Notes: generated by a model not told the origin, from the letters alone. Counted from the stretch's first letter, positions 31,635 to 41,964 are shown. The stretch: DNA of 64,000 nucleotides from Chloroflexota bacterium (GCA_963663275.1 OY760183.1:3360001-3424000); one strand, 5' to 3'. Numbers and translations are program-made.

Positions 31635-33014
31635 TTAGGCCAACTCCCGCAGGAGTTCCAACGCCGTCTCTTGTACGCTCGCGCCCGCCGCCGCCGTGAA
31701 GCGGCTCCACCGGCCCACGTTCACCTCGTAGCCGCCTTCCTCATAGGCATTTGGTGTGGGGAAGTACCCCTGGTAGCAGTTGGCGTAGCCCACGACATAC
31801 GTGTGGGCATACGGCGATTGTTCCTTTATGTCTAGTCCAATCCGGCAGAACAACTCGCCGGGCACGCCCACCCACGCGCTCTCCCCAATCGCCATCACCT
31901 GGATTTCACCCTCCTCCTGGCGCGCGTCGTTGCGGGTCAGTTCGTACTGCTCCAGAACCAAGCGGCGCCGGTTTATCTCAGCGCGTACCTCCGCTGCCGG
32001 CGCGCCACTCTGCTCCAGGCGCTCGACCGCGTCCCTGGCGGCGGCGTAGGCGCGGGCAGCCTCATCTTTCGCCGGCAAATCCGCGCGGTAGGCCCATTGC
32101 ACGCGCTTGGACGCCACGCGCACACGGCGGTCCAGACCGGGCGTCTCATCCGGCAGCAGCGACGCCGCGGCGCGCACCACCTCACCCGCAAGTTGCAAAC
32201 CGACTTCACGCGCGTCGCGCACGTTGCGCCGCACCACCGGCGGATTGACGTCGCCGCACGCGCCTTGGGTAAAGAGCGCCGTCACGCCCGGCCCCAGAGC
32301 CGCCTCCACCGCGGCCATCGCAAAGCCCGGATAGTCCGCGGACACCAGCGGCTGGCTCATGGCGCAGATGGGATGGGCGGTAAAGTTGCAGAGCACCGCC
32401 AGCGGCGCACCGTCGGGCCGCTGCGCCAGCAGCACGCCCACCTCCGGGTCGATCGGGCCGCGCCGCACCTCCGCCCCGGGCGCGCCGTGGTCCCAGTTGC
32501 GGTAGATCCTGCCGTCGCTCCTCACCACCCGCCGGTTTTCTGAAATACCGTGAATTTCGCCCGAACCGGCCTTGATGACGGCCGGCTGGCGCTGTTGCCA
32601 CGCCGCTATCGCCGCGCCCGCCAGGCTCTGTATGAGTTCCCGCACCCACGGCCACTCCAGATCGAGGGTCGAAAGGTCGATGGACGCATGGCTGCTGTGG
32701 GTGTGGCTCGCGCTGAGCATCACGCGCCCGCTCGCAATCGACGTATGCGCCGCCACCTGCGCGCGCACCAAGTCGGCAAAGGGCGCCGGCGGAAAGCCGA
32801 TCATGTCGCAGGCAATGAGCGCCGCCGCCCGCTTGCCGTCGTCGATCACCAGCGCCTTGGCCCACAGATCGTCGTTAACGCCCAGGAACGGGTCCTGCCG
32901 GTCCCAGCCGTAGCCCAGATACGGCGTCCCGACCGCGGGCGTGATGCGGGCGCGCGCCGTGCCCACCTGGAAGTACGGCCCGCCTCCATCGCTCGCAGCG
33001 TCCATCGCGCTCAC
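31635..33014 (-). CDS. Neutral/alkaline ceramidase N-terminal-domain-like hydrolase
   Basis: ITP, DDLWAKAL, SASHTHS, NRR, GPIDPEV, HP, SADYPG, QGACGD, PGELF, GY.P...AY..GGYE. Confidence 0.82.
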   Translation of the reverse strand: MSAMDAASDGGGPYFQVGTARARITPAVGTPYLGYGWDRQDPFLGVNDDLWAKALVIDDGKRAAALIACDMIGFPPAPFADLVRAQVAAHTSIASGRVMLSASHTHSSHASIDLSTLDLEWPWVRELIQSLAGAAIAAWQQRQPAVIKAGSGEIHGISENRRVVRSDGRIYRNWDHGAPGAEVRRGPIDPEVGVLLAQRPDGAPLAVLCNFTAHPICAMSQPLVSADYPGFAMAAVEAALGPGVTALFTQGACGDVNPPVVRRNVRDAREVGLQLAGEVVRAAASLLPDETPGLDRRVRVASKRVQWAYRADLPAKDEAARAYAAARDAVERLEQSGAPAAEVRAEINRRRLVLEQYELTRNDARQEEGEIQVMAIGESAWVGVPGELFCRIGLDIKEQSPYAHTYVVGYANCYQGYFPTPNAYEEGGYEVNVGRWSRFTAAAGASVQETALELLRELA

Positions 33015-33079
33015 CTCGCTTCATGCCGTTTCCGCGCGCTCGTTCACGTGGGAACAGGATACATGCCCGCGCTTGCGGC

Positions 33080-33236
33080 TGTCGAAAGGCCTGTACTGAG
33101 CTTGCCGAAGTGTGAACGGCGGGCCTGTTGCGCCGCGCTGTACTACCCGTTCATACTTCGACGGGCCTGTGCTGAGCCTGCCGAAGTGCTCAGCACGAAC
33201 GGGTAGTCGTAGGGGCGGTTCGCGAACCGCCCCTAC
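33080..33236. repeat. REP cluster
   Basis: CTGAGCTTGCCGAAG, CTTCGAC..GCTCAGCACGAACGG and GTAGGGGCGGTTCGCGAACCGCCCCTAC. Confidence 0.7.
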
Positions 33237-33407
33237 GCTGCCACGGAGAACATGGCACTCTTGGTGTCCCGCAATGCGGGCAAGGCGGAATCGCGCGGGA
33301 CATGCGCCTGATGCTCAGGCGGCGGTCCCGTGACCGGCCACACTTGCGTCCGCGCAACTCCTGTATAATCAGGAAAACTCCCGCCGCGTAGAGAATGGAG
33401 CGCCAGG

Positions 33408-34193
33408 ATGGACACGGAACTACGCGAAATCCCGCATCTCTTCGACGCCAACGTCTTTCTCGGGCCGATATTCCTCCGCCACGACGACACCCCGGACGAC
33501 GTGCCGCGCCTGCTGGCCGCGCTGGACGAGAACGGCATCGGCCGCGCGCTGGTGACCCACGGCCTGGCCAAGTGGCAGCATCCCGCCGCCGGCAACCAAC
33601 TAGCAGTAGATGAGACCCGGGGCATAGACCGGCTCGTGCCGTGCTGGGTGGTCATGCCGTCCATCACCGGCGAGTTGCCGCCGGAGCGCGAACTCGTTGC
33701 CCAACTCCTGGAATCCGGCGCGCGGGCGGCGCGGCTCTGCACCGGCATCAACCGGCTTACGCTGGAGCCGTTCGAAATCGATATCTTGCTGGAAGCCCTG
33801 GCCGAACGCCGCGTGCCGCTCTTCCTGGACACCAACAACCGCCATTGGAGCGAACCGCGTCCCTGGGCGTTCATCGAGTGGGCGTTGCGAACGTATCCCA
33901 CGCTGCCGTTGGTGCTCCTTCGCGAGCCGCCGGCGAACTATCGCACGCTTTTCACGCTCATGGAGCGGCACGACAATCTCTACGTCGAGACCTCGTATTT
34001 CCAGGGCCACGACGCCATTGCCCACGTGGCCGGACGCTGGGGCGCGCACCGTCTGCTCTTCGGCACCGGCCTGCCCGAGTGGGATCCCGGCATGGCCATC
34101 ACCGGGCTTACCTACGCCAGCTTTTCCGTGGAGGAACGCGATATGGTAGCCCACGGCAGCCTGCAACGTCTCATCGACAACTGCATCGTATAG
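33408..34193 (+). CDS. Amidohydrolase_2-fold protein lacking the N-terminal HxH metal motif
   Basis: FDANVFLG in place of DxHxH; GN, NLYVETS, RLLFGT..P family motifs. Confidence 0.8.
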   Translation: MDTELREIPHLFDANVFLGPIFLRHDDTPDDVPRLLAALDENGIGRALVTHGLAKWQHPAAGNQLAVDETRGIDRLVPCWVVMPSITGELPPERELVAQLLESGARAARLCTGINRLTLEPFEIDILLEALAERRVPLFLDTNNRHWSEPRPWAFIEWALRTYPTLPLVLLREPPANYRTLFTLMERHDNLYVETSYFQGHDAIAHVAGRWGAHRLLFGTGLPEWDPGMAITGLTYASFSVEERDMVAHGSLQRLIDNCIV

Positions 34194-34208
34194 AGGACAT
34201 GCAACCAC

Positions 34209-34342
34209 CATCCGTTCGTCCTGAGCATGTCGAAGGATGAACCGCCGTACAACCAGCGCCCGTTCGCCTGAGCCGGTCGAAGGATGAACCGCCGCACAAC
34301 CAGCATCCGTTCGTCCTGAGCATGTCGAAGGATGAACGGATG
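34209..34342. repeat. Three tandem REP units
   Basis: CCGTTCGTCCTGAGCATGTCGAAGGATGAAC-type unit three times with near-identical linkers. Confidence 0.8.
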
Positions 34343-34409
34343 CACGAGACAACGACGCAACCGGCAGCCCTTGGTTTACCGCACTCAATAGCCAGAAAGA
34401 TGAAGCGAC

Positions 34410-35234
34410 ATGACAGAGACTGCGTTACCAGCCGCGAACGCCCCGATGACCATCCGCGAGGCCGCCCTGCGCGGCGAACCGCTCACCGATACGTTCGTCG
34501 TGAACAACCACTCCCACCTGGGCGAGTACTACGGTTTCCACCAGCCCGCGCCGGACGCCGATTCCCTGGTGCGCACCATGGACCGGGTGGGCATCGATCA
34601 GTCGTGCGTCTTTTCCAGCCTGGCGATTACGGCCGACATGCGCACCGGCAACGACCTGAGTCTGAAAGCGGCGCGGCGCCATCCGGGCCGTATTCTGGCG
34701 TATGCCGTGCCGGATCCCAATCTTGCCCGCCAGGTGCGCGACGAGATGCAGCGCTGCATCGACGCCGGTGTGCGCGGCATCAAGTTTCACACCGGCCTGC
34801 ATGAGTATCCCTTCGCCGGCCCGGCGTACGTCCCGGCCTTCGAGTTGGCGGACGAGCACCGCCTGCCGCTGATCAGCCACGGCGTGGACTCGCCCGACGT
34901 GCTGCGCCGCACCGCCCGCGCGTATCCCAACGCCCACTTCATCGTGGCCCACGCCGGCGCGGGCCGGAGACACCCGGAGGCCGATGCGGTTTACGACGTG
35001 GCGCAAGAAGAGCCGAACGTCTATCTGGATACCGCCGGTTCCGTCGCGCTCTACGGCATATTCACGCAGTTGGTGGCGCACGTGGGCGCGGGCCGGATTC
35101 TCTACGGCGACGACTTTCCCTGGATGTGCCCCACGCACCAGATCGGCCGCATCCTCCTGGCGCCCATCACCGACGACGAAAAGAAGCAAATCCTCGGCGG
35201 CACGATGCAACGCCTGCTCAGTACGCGCCGTTAA
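34410..35234 (+). CDS. Amidohydrolase_2 family metallohydrolase
   Basis: HSH, GIKFH, ISH, IVAHAG, NVYLDT, ILYGDDFP. Confidence 0.88.
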   Translation: MTETALPAANAPMTIREAALRGEPLTDTFVVNNHSHLGEYYGFHQPAPDADSLVRTMDRVGIDQSCVFSSLAITADMRTGNDLSLKAARRHPGRILAYAVPDPNLARQVRDEMQRCIDAGVRGIKFHTGLHEYPFAGPAYVPAFELADEHRLPLISHGVDSPDVLRRTARAYPNAHFIVAHAGAGRRHPEADAVYDVAQEEPNVYLDTAGSVALYGIFTQLVAHVGAGRILYGDDFPWMCPTHQIGRILLAPITDDEKKQILGGTMQRLLSTRR

Positions 35235-35332
35235 CCGGCGCGGGGCTTCTCCACGGTGTCACCGTAGCGCGGGGGCTTGTCCCCCGCACCGCGCCCGCGG
35301 CTTTCGGTAATTCATCCCCAACTTAGAAAAGA

Positions 35333-35374
35333 CTGTGCCGTTCACCCGGCAAATCTACCGGATGAACGGCACAG
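35333..35374 (-). terminator. Probable intrinsic terminator of the SBP gene
   Basis: 17-bp stem with one G-U pair on the minus strand, followed by TCTTTTCT. Confidence 0.65.
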
Positions 35375-35484
35375 CAGCCTATTCTTCTCTCAACCAAACG
35401 GTGGCATCCCTCAGGATATAGCCTCAACAATGCAAGGCGATAACCCCTTGCGCGCCGGCGCTCAGGCCGCCGCGCGCCGGATAC

Positions 35485-36879
35485 CTACAGTTGGTCCGCC
35501 CACTTGTTGAGGACCTCTTGCACGCGCTCGGCGTGTTCCTTATTGGCCTCTTCGGGCGTGATTTCCTTGGCGTAGGCCCGGAACCAGATGTCGATGTTGA
35601 TGCCGATGATCTCATCGTTGCCGGGGATGACCGGCACCCACTTGGCGAGTTCCAACTCCGCCAGGTAGGCTTCAGCCTCAGGCACCTGCTCCAGGTAGCC
35701 GCCGAAGGACGCTGATTGCAGCGCGGGGATGTAGTCGCCGGCGCCGACCGACCAGCGCAGGTTCACGTCGCCGCCCAGGAAGAACTCGATGAGGGAGAAG
35801 CCCCCGTCGGCATTGGCCGCGCCCTGGGGCTGCGCCAGCGCCCAGCCGCCCTGGTAGTTGGTCGCCACGCCGTCCGGCGGCAGCGGCATGGGCGCGGACT
35901 TGAAGTTGATCGCCGATTCCCACGCCTTGCGATACGTGGCGGCATACCAGTGGCCGCCGATCATCTGCGAGACGCCGCCGGTGGTGAAGGCATCGTTGCG
36001 GTCAGGCCGCTGCTGGCCCAGGAACTCGTCGATGCGCACGTTGCCGCCGCAAAGGTCGACCATGTTGATCATGAACTTGAGCGCGGTCACGCCCATCTCA
36101 TTGTCGAAGTTGACCGTCTTGTTGTCGGGCGAAAGATATTCGCCGCCCTGCTGCCAGAAGTGGATGTACCACTGCAAGCCGACCGGCGGATTGCCTGGAG
36201 GGCCGGTGGAGTAGCCCAGGCGCTCGATCACGCCGTCCTGCCCCGCCTTGTGGAGCTTGAGCGTCGCCGATTCAAGCTCGTCCCAGGTGCTGGGCGGACT
36301 TTCCGGATCGAGGCCCACTTCGATGAAGTGATCCACGTTGAACATGTACGTGCGGGCGTCGGTGTGCAGGCCTACGCCGTAGATGTTGCCCTTCCACGTG
36401 CAGTCGTCCCGCAGCTTGGGCCAGACGTCGTCCCAGCTAAACGCCGCCGTGGCCTTGATGTGGTCGTTCAGGTTCAAGAGGAAGCCCGGCGCGGAAAGCT
36501 GGCCCGCCAGATAGCGGTCCATGTAGAAGACGTCCGGCGGAGCGCCGGCCGCCGCCGCGGTGATGAGCTTTTCTTTGCTGCCGCTGCCGATGTGGGTCGG
36601 CGTGAGCGACAGTTCGACATTGGGATTCGCTTCCTGGAACTCGTTGAGGAGCACGTTGCCAATGTGGCCTTCCAACAAGAAGTCCTGGTACGTCCAGAAC
36701 TTCACTTCCATGGGGCCCATCATCTCTTGGGAGTCGGCCTCGCCCTCTTCCTCAGCCGGCGCTTCAGCCCCATCCGCCGGGGCCATCGCGCCGCCCGTGG
36801 CGCAGGCGGCAAACAGCGCTCCGCCGCCAAGCGCGCCCGCCGTGCCGATCAGCATTCTGCGGGTAAATCTGGTCTCCAT
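35485..36879 (-). CDS. ABC transporter solute-binding protein, Tat lipoprotein
   Basis: TRRMLI, FAAC lipobox, AAGAPPDV, GLDPESPPSTWDEL, GGW; RBS AGGAGG. Confidence 0.9.
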   Translation of the reverse strand: METRFTRRMLIGTAGALGGGALFAACATGGAMAPADGAEAPAEEEGEADSQEMMGPMEVKFWTYQDFLLEGHIGNVLLNEFQEANPNVELSLTPTHIGSGSKEKLITAAAAGAPPDVFYMDRYLAGQLSAPGFLLNLNDHIKATAAFSWDDVWPKLRDDCTWKGNIYGVGLHTDARTYMFNVDHFIEVGLDPESPPSTWDELESATLKLHKAGQDGVIERLGYSTGPPGNPPVGLQWYIHFWQQGGEYLSPDNKTVNFDNEMGVTALKFMINMVDLCGGNVRIDEFLGQQRPDRNDAFTTGGVSQMIGGHWYAATYRKAWESAINFKSAPMPLPPDGVATNYQGGWALAQPQGAANADGGFSLIEFFLGGDVNLRWSVGAGDYIPALQSASFGGYLEQVPEAEAYLAELELAKWVPVIPGNDEIIGINIDIWFRAYAKEITPEEANKEHAERVQEVLNKWADQL

Positions 36880-37033
36880 CGGTCCCCTCCTGTGTACGAA
36901 ACCGTAGAAAACATCCAAACGATACTGCCAAGCAGTGTACCACACACACCCTTACGTGCCATACACCCCCCAAGCGCGCCCAGTATAGCACGCCCTACAC
37001 CCATTGCCAAGATACGCCGAGACGTGCCTCTTG

Positions 37034-37583
37034 TCCCCTCTCCTTTGGGGAGAGGGCTAGGGTGAGGGGATCTGAGACTGTTCCCCTACCCTCAGGAGAC
37101 CTTTGCGTAACTCTACCGAAAAGTGGGAATTGTGTACGATCGGCGCCGGTTTTCCCCTCACCCCGGCCCTCTCCCCAGGGAGAGGGAGTGGAGCGGAGCG
37201 ACATCTTGTCCCCCCTCTCCTTTGGGAGACCTTTGCGTAACTCATCCCCTCGTGTCGAGAATGGCTGGGATGGGGGTGAGAAGGCTTGACGGCAAGCAAT
37301 CGGAAACGGTAAACGCACCTCTGGATTCCGGTTTTCACCGGAATGACGGAGTTACGCAAAGTTCTCTTTTGGGAGAGGGAGCGGAGCGGAGCAGCATCTT
37401 GTCCCCTCTCCCTGAGGAGACCTTTGCATAACCCCTTCCCCATTGAGGGAGAAGGTTAGGATGGGGGTGAAAAGGCTTGAAATCGGGCTCTTTTTGGTTG
37501 TAAATGCAGTCTGGATTCCGGCTTTCGCCGGAATGACTGAGTTATGCAAAGGTCTCCTGAGGGAGAGGGTTAGGGTGAGGGGG
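37034..37583. mobile_element. REP cluster with two complete family-3 miniature elements (37226-37366, 37417-37556) and a lone left end (37096)
   Basis: GAGACCTTTGC(G/A)TAAC...GTTA(C/T)GCAAAG(G/T)TCTC ends; CTGAG on both sides of the second copy; both sit in the loop of CCCTCTCC..GGAGAGGG. Confidence 0.75.
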
Positions 37584-37615
37584 AAATAGCAGGACGGAAT
37601 TAGAGTGGAAGGGTA

Positions 37616-39130
37616 CTACAGCGGGTCGGCGAACGCCCGCGTGTCCTTTTCCGGGCCGTCGTAGTCGTCCAGCCAGTTCATCTCGGCGGTCAGCGGCCAG
37701 TGGTAGGGTTCCGGCGGGCGTACCTGCCGGGTCCACTTCACCATAAGCTCCAGGTCGGCCGCCTTCTGCTCCAGGCGGCGGGCGATGTAGTCCGGATTCC
37801 AGTCCACGTGCACGTCCGCAAGCAGTTGCTCCTGGACGTGGCGGTACTGCGGATCGGCGGCCAGGTCGGTAGTCTCGTGGGGATCGTTCTCAATGTTGAA
37901 GAGTTGCTCCGGTTCGCCCCGGTAGTAGTTCAGCTTCCAGGGACCGCGCCGCACCATGCGCTGGAAGCGCCCGTGCGGGGCGTACTCCGCCAACGCCATA
38001 TCTTTCCAGGCAGAATCCTCGCCCCGCAGCGCCGGCAGCAGCGAGTCGCCCCGGCCTTGCGGCAGTTGCGGCGCGCCGAGCGCGTCCAGCATGGTGGCGA
38101 CCACGTCCACCGTGCTCGCGGCCTGCCCAAAGCGCGCGCCCGCCGGCAACTTGCCGGGCCACGAGATAATGGCCGGCACGCGAATCGAACCCTCGTAGAA
38201 CGTCTGCTTGAACCAGAGGCCGTGCTCGCCCACCTGGTCGCCGTGGTCGGAGGTATAGACCACCAGCGTGTTCTCCGCCAGGCCGTTCGCCTCCAGCGCG
38301 TCCAGGATTTGGCCGATCATGGCGTCCATGCGGTCCACCAGCGCCCAGTAGGCCGTGCGCGAGCGCATGATCTCATCGTCTGTGGCCTTGTCCAGCCCGC
38401 ACTGCTCCCGCCACCAGCCGATGTAGGGATGCGGGTCGGTGGGCGGTTCCGGGTGGGTTGGCGGCGGTACCTTGCCCCAGTAGCGGTCGTAGTCGGCTTT
38501 GCGCGCCACGTAGGGCTGGTGCGGCAGCAGGTAGCCCACGGTCAGGCAGAACGGCTCCTTCAGCACCCCGGCCCGCCTCTGCCAGCCAAAGCGGTTGAGC
38601 GCGTCCACCGTGGCGGCGGTGGTGTCCTCGTCGATCACCTCGTAGCCGCTCTGGCCGGCGCCGGACCGCTCCAACGCCACGTGATACGGCCCGGCCGTGC
38701 CGCTGCCCAGCATACCCAGGTCAATCCCCGTGCCGCCGGGATAGTTTGGCGTGGCGTCGCCGCCGCGCCGCTCGGCGTAGCCGTGCAGGTGGTCCGCTCC
38801 CACGAAGTGCATGCGCCCGATAAGCGCCGGCCGATAGCCCACGGCTCCCAGCGCGTGGGCGAACGTGGGAATGCCGTGATCCAGAATGTGCCGGTTGTCC
38901 CAGGTCTCGATGTCGGTAGGATACTGCCCGGTCATGTACGACATGCGCGCGGGCACGCAGAGCGGCGCGGTGCAGTAGAGATTGTCCAATACCACGCCGC
39001 CCGCGGCGAGCCGGTCCAGGCGCGGCGTCCGCACCACCGGGTCGCCGTAGCAGCCGGTCACGGCAGGGTTGTGCTGATCCGAGATGATGAACAACAGATT
39101 GGGGCGCTGGGCGGACGAGGCTGCCGACAT
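37616..39130 (-). CDS. Sulfatase (choline-sulfatase-like, Cys-type)
   Basis: PNLLFIISDQH, CVPARMS.MTG, GRMH, PH.PY, SDHGD, KQTFYE. Confidence 0.93.
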   Translation of the reverse strand: MSAASSAQRPNLLFIISDQHNPAVTGCYGDPVVRTPRLDRLAAGGVVLDNLYCTAPLCVPARMSYMTGQYPTDIETWDNRHILDHGIPTFAHALGAVGYRPALIGRMHFVGADHLHGYAERRGGDATPNYPGGTGIDLGMLGSGTAGPYHVALERSGAGQSGYEVIDEDTTAATVDALNRFGWQRRAGVLKEPFCLTVGYLLPHQPYVARKADYDRYWGKVPPPTHPEPPTDPHPYIGWWREQCGLDKATDDEIMRSRTAYWALVDRMDAMIGQILDALEANGLAENTLVVYTSDHGDQVGEHGLWFKQTFYEGSIRVPAIISWPGKLPAGARFGQAASTVDVVATMLDALGAPQLPQGRGDSLLPALRGEDSAWKDMALAEYAPHGRFQRMVRRGPWKLNYYRGEPEQLFNIENDPHETTDLAADPQYRHVQEQLLADVHVDWNPDYIARRLEQKAADLELMVKWTRQVRPPEPYHWPLTAEMNWLDDYDGPEKDTRAFADPL

Positions 39131-39414
39131 ACGCACTCTCCTTCGCGATTCTCTCTTACATGCGGGGCCGGACTGCCGGCGCGTGCCGGGCGGCGCGTCT
39201 AGCGAGACCGCTGTTTGGCTTGATAGTAGCATAGCCGGCGCGGCAGACAGGCGAAGACTCTCTGCTGGGCCATGCGCCCGCCCGCCGCGCGCTCTCGATA
39301 CTGCCTAAGGATCCTCGCAATCAAGACACACCCCACGCCCCAGGCCGGACGCGGGGGTATCGTGGCTCCCGCCAGGCATCATGCGCTGGCTGCACAGCCG
39401 CCGCAGGCGCATCC

Positions 39415-40779
39415 CTAGCCGCCGAGACTGCTCAGGAACGTATCCATGATGGTCTGGAGTTCCACCTCGGTATCCCGCAGCGTCTCCTCGATGGTCTTCT
39501 CGCCGCCCAGCGCGGTTGGCACCACCGCCAGCGTCGCCGCCAGCATTTGCGGCGCGCCAGGCGCGGGAATGACGAAACGCCGGTTCTCCATCATTTCCAC
39601 CGCAATCTGGAGGAAAGGATCATTCTGGTGATACTCTTCTTGGCGGGAGACGTCCGGCCGGATGGGGAGCGTGTTGAAATTGTGCGACCAGCGCACGTTC
39701 ACGTCCCCGCTGCCAAAGTATTCCAGGAACTTCCAGGCGTTTTCCGGCTGCTCGCTCTGGGTGGTCAGGATCCAGGTATGGCAACCGCCGTAGGTCATGT
39801 GGCGGCCGTCCGGCGGCTTGGGCCAATGGGCGAAATGATACTGCACGTCCGGCACATCTCGCTGCATCAGGCCGTGGAGCGTACTCGGCCAGTAGAGATT
39901 GGCCACGTGCCCGTCGTAGAAGAGCAAGTGTGGACGGGTATCCTTGCGGAAGTCCTCAAGCGCCTGCCAGCCGCCCTGCATTTCGTAGATCTTCATGAGC
40001 CAGCGCAGGCCCTCGATGCCCTCCGGCGTATTGATGGTCACCTTGCTCCCATCCTCGCTCAGCGTCTCGCCGCCCAACTGCCACATGGGCACCATCCAGA
40101 TGCTGTTGATCTGCCAAAGCGGCGCGAACGCAACCAGTTCGGTGGTATCGCCGCTGATGCGCGTGAGCTTAGGGATAACGGCTTCGAGTTCTTCCCAGCT
40201 CTCCGGTGGGTTCTCCACGTCCACGCCGTTCTCCAAATAGACATTGTCATTCATGAAGACCGGGCGCACGTCCGGGCCGAACGGCATGCCCTGGATTTGG
40301 CCCTGCCAGGTGAGATCGCGCTGCAGCGACGGCCAGATGTCTTCTCTGCGTACGACCTCGGACATCGCCATGAAGGGACTCAACGGCTGCCCGATCTCCA
40401 GGGCGGCGAGGGTCTGCGCCTGCCACGAGCCGGACTGGCCGATGTCGGGGCCGCTGCCGGCAGCCATAGCGGCCTGCAGTTTAGTGACGCGGTTGCCTTC
40501 GGGAATGGTTGGGTCTACCGTTAGCCCGGGGTTCTGCTCCTCGAATTCCGCCACGACCTCCGCCCCCAGCCCCTCACTAAGCGTCCAGAACGGGACGGTG
40601 AAGATTGTGATCGTGTATGGCTCAGGCGCGGGCGCCTCCGTGGGAGCCGGCTCCGCCGCGGGTTTTTCCTCCATCGTTTCCGCCGGCATCACGGCGGTCC
40701 CGCAGGCCGCCAGCGCAAGCGCTCCGCCCAGACCGCCGGTAGCAGCGAACAGCCGTCTGCGTGTAATTGGCATAGCCAT
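39415..40779 (-). CDS. ABC transporter solute-binding protein, Tat lipoprotein
   Basis: TRRRLF, LAAC, AAGSGPDI, PESWEEL, ENAWKFL; RBS AGGAGG. Confidence 0.9.
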   Translation of the reverse strand: MAMPITRRRLFAATGGLGGALALAACGTAVMPAETMEEKPAAEPAPTEAPAPEPYTITIFTVPFWTLSEGLGAEVVAEFEEQNPGLTVDPTIPEGNRVTKLQAAMAAGSGPDIGQSGSWQAQTLAALEIGQPLSPFMAMSEVVRREDIWPSLQRDLTWQGQIQGMPFGPDVRPVFMNDNVYLENGVDVENPPESWEELEAVIPKLTRISGDTTELVAFAPLWQINSIWMVPMWQLGGETLSEDGSKVTINTPEGIEGLRWLMKIYEMQGGWQALEDFRKDTRPHLLFYDGHVANLYWPSTLHGLMQRDVPDVQYHFAHWPKPPDGRHMTYGGCHTWILTTQSEQPENAWKFLEYFGSGDVNVRWSHNFNTLPIRPDVSRQEEYHQNDPFLQIAVEMMENRRFVIPAPGAPQMLAATLAVVPTALGGEKTIEETLRDTEVELQTIMDTFLSSLGG

Positions 40780-40999
40780 GAGTTTGCCTCCTGACTGTAA
40801 AACGAACACTACCGCGCTACGCTATAGAAGAGCATACGCCAGCAACGCAGAATTGTAAATAACTTCCCTATGAGATTCCAATACTATTGGCGCCTGGACA
40901 AATCGCTAAAGCGCCGCAGAGGAGTGTGCGCGTCGTAAGCATCCATACGCAGCATAAAGAGGCGCTTTGTGACCAGCCAAGGCAATCAGCCGGTCCTAA

Positions 41000-41171
41000 G
41001 AACCTGTTTACTATCTGCTTATGAGGGAGTTAGCAAAGCCGATAAAGACCGTTCGTGCTGAGCCTGTCGAAGCATGAACGGCTATTCGCCACCTTGCAAC
41101 GGCTCCGTTCACCCTTCGACAGGCTCAGGGCGAACGGTCCTCGTGCAGACAAAATGATCGTAAACAGGCTC
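41000..41171. mobile_element. MITE-like element family 1, second copy
   Basis: GAACCTGTTTAC...GTAAACAGGCTC with TAA on both flanks; internal sequence homologous to 7748-7919. Confidence 0.78.
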
Positions 41172-41223
41172 TAAGAGACGCATTTGTGATGACGTCTGGA
41201 GAACTCGCTAATGGATGTCGCCG

Positions 41224-41793
41224 CTAGAAGAAGCTAAAGGCAAAGAGTTCCCGCAGAATCGCCCAGATGCTGCTGTAGACCGCGCCGACCCAGAAGATGC
41301 CGTTCAGGGTGGTGCCGATGACGACCAGCGTGTAGGCGCGCACGCCCTTGATCCGTAGGACCCAGATCAGCGGCACGCCGGCCATGGTGGGACCGGAGAA
41401 GGTGTAGACCGCCAGAATCCCCAGGTCGCGCCGCAGCGCCGACGCGCGAATGAGCCGCCGGATCCGCTCCAGGCGCCGCGTCTTGGCGCGGATCCAGTCC
41501 AGGAGGTCGAGCTCGATGGTGAGCAAATAGAGGAGCGCGCTGTTGAGCACGATCATTACCAGGATGGTAACCGTGGTGGCGACGAAGGCGTTGAAGCGCA
41601 AGATCAGGTAGTTGGAGAATATGGTGACGATGATGTCGATGGACGGCCACAGCACAAGCGTGACCAATCGCCGCAAATACTTCCTGACGGTGAGGCGATC
41701 GACTTTGCGCGGCGAGACGCGGTTGATGGCCATCGTCAAGCGTTCCGCTGGATCTCGGCGACTCTGAGGCGGCTCTGCCAGTGTAGCTGCCAT
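41224..41793 (-). CDS. Hypothetical multi-pass membrane protein
   Basis: About four hydrophobic segments separated by an Arg-rich loop; near-consensus promoter upstream. Confidence 0.65.
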   Translation of the reverse strand: MAATLAEPPQSRRDPAERLTMAINRVSPRKVDRLTVRKYLRRLVTLVLWPSIDIIVTIFSNYLILRFNAFVATTVTILVMIVLNSALLYLLTIELDLLDWIRAKTRRLERIRRLIRASALRRDLGILAVYTFSGPTMAGVPLIWVLRIKGVRAYTLVVIGTTLNGIFWVGAVYSSIWAILRELFAFSFF

Positions 41794-41879
41794 GGGGCAC
41801 CTTTCGTAAACGTTGTGCAGCGACGTCCGCAAGCAAGAGGCTGTTGCGGCGCCCTGAATCCACTATAAAGTGTTTCTTT

Positions 41880-41909
41880 ATTATATTCAAACTACGGATT
41901 ATAAGTCAA
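41880..41909 (-). promoter_or_regulatory. Sigma70-type promoter TTGACT-18-TATAAT
   Basis: AT-rich patch; -35 at 41909-41904, -10 at 41885-41880. Confidence 0.6.
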
Positions 41910-41964
41910 TAACTTCCTTCGCGTTTACACCCACAATATATGAAACTCTTGATGACTGGTTGCG

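Noticed and set aside
34209-34342. Three regularly spaced repeats resembling a mini CRISPR array
   Set aside because: The linkers are near-identical rather than unique, the unit is a REP seen elsewhere in the window, and there are no cas genes.
40908-40968. Possible structured RNA bounded by AAAGCGCC/GGCGCTTT
   Set aside because: Only an 8-bp outer stem with weak internal pairing, single copy, and no match to a family I recognise.
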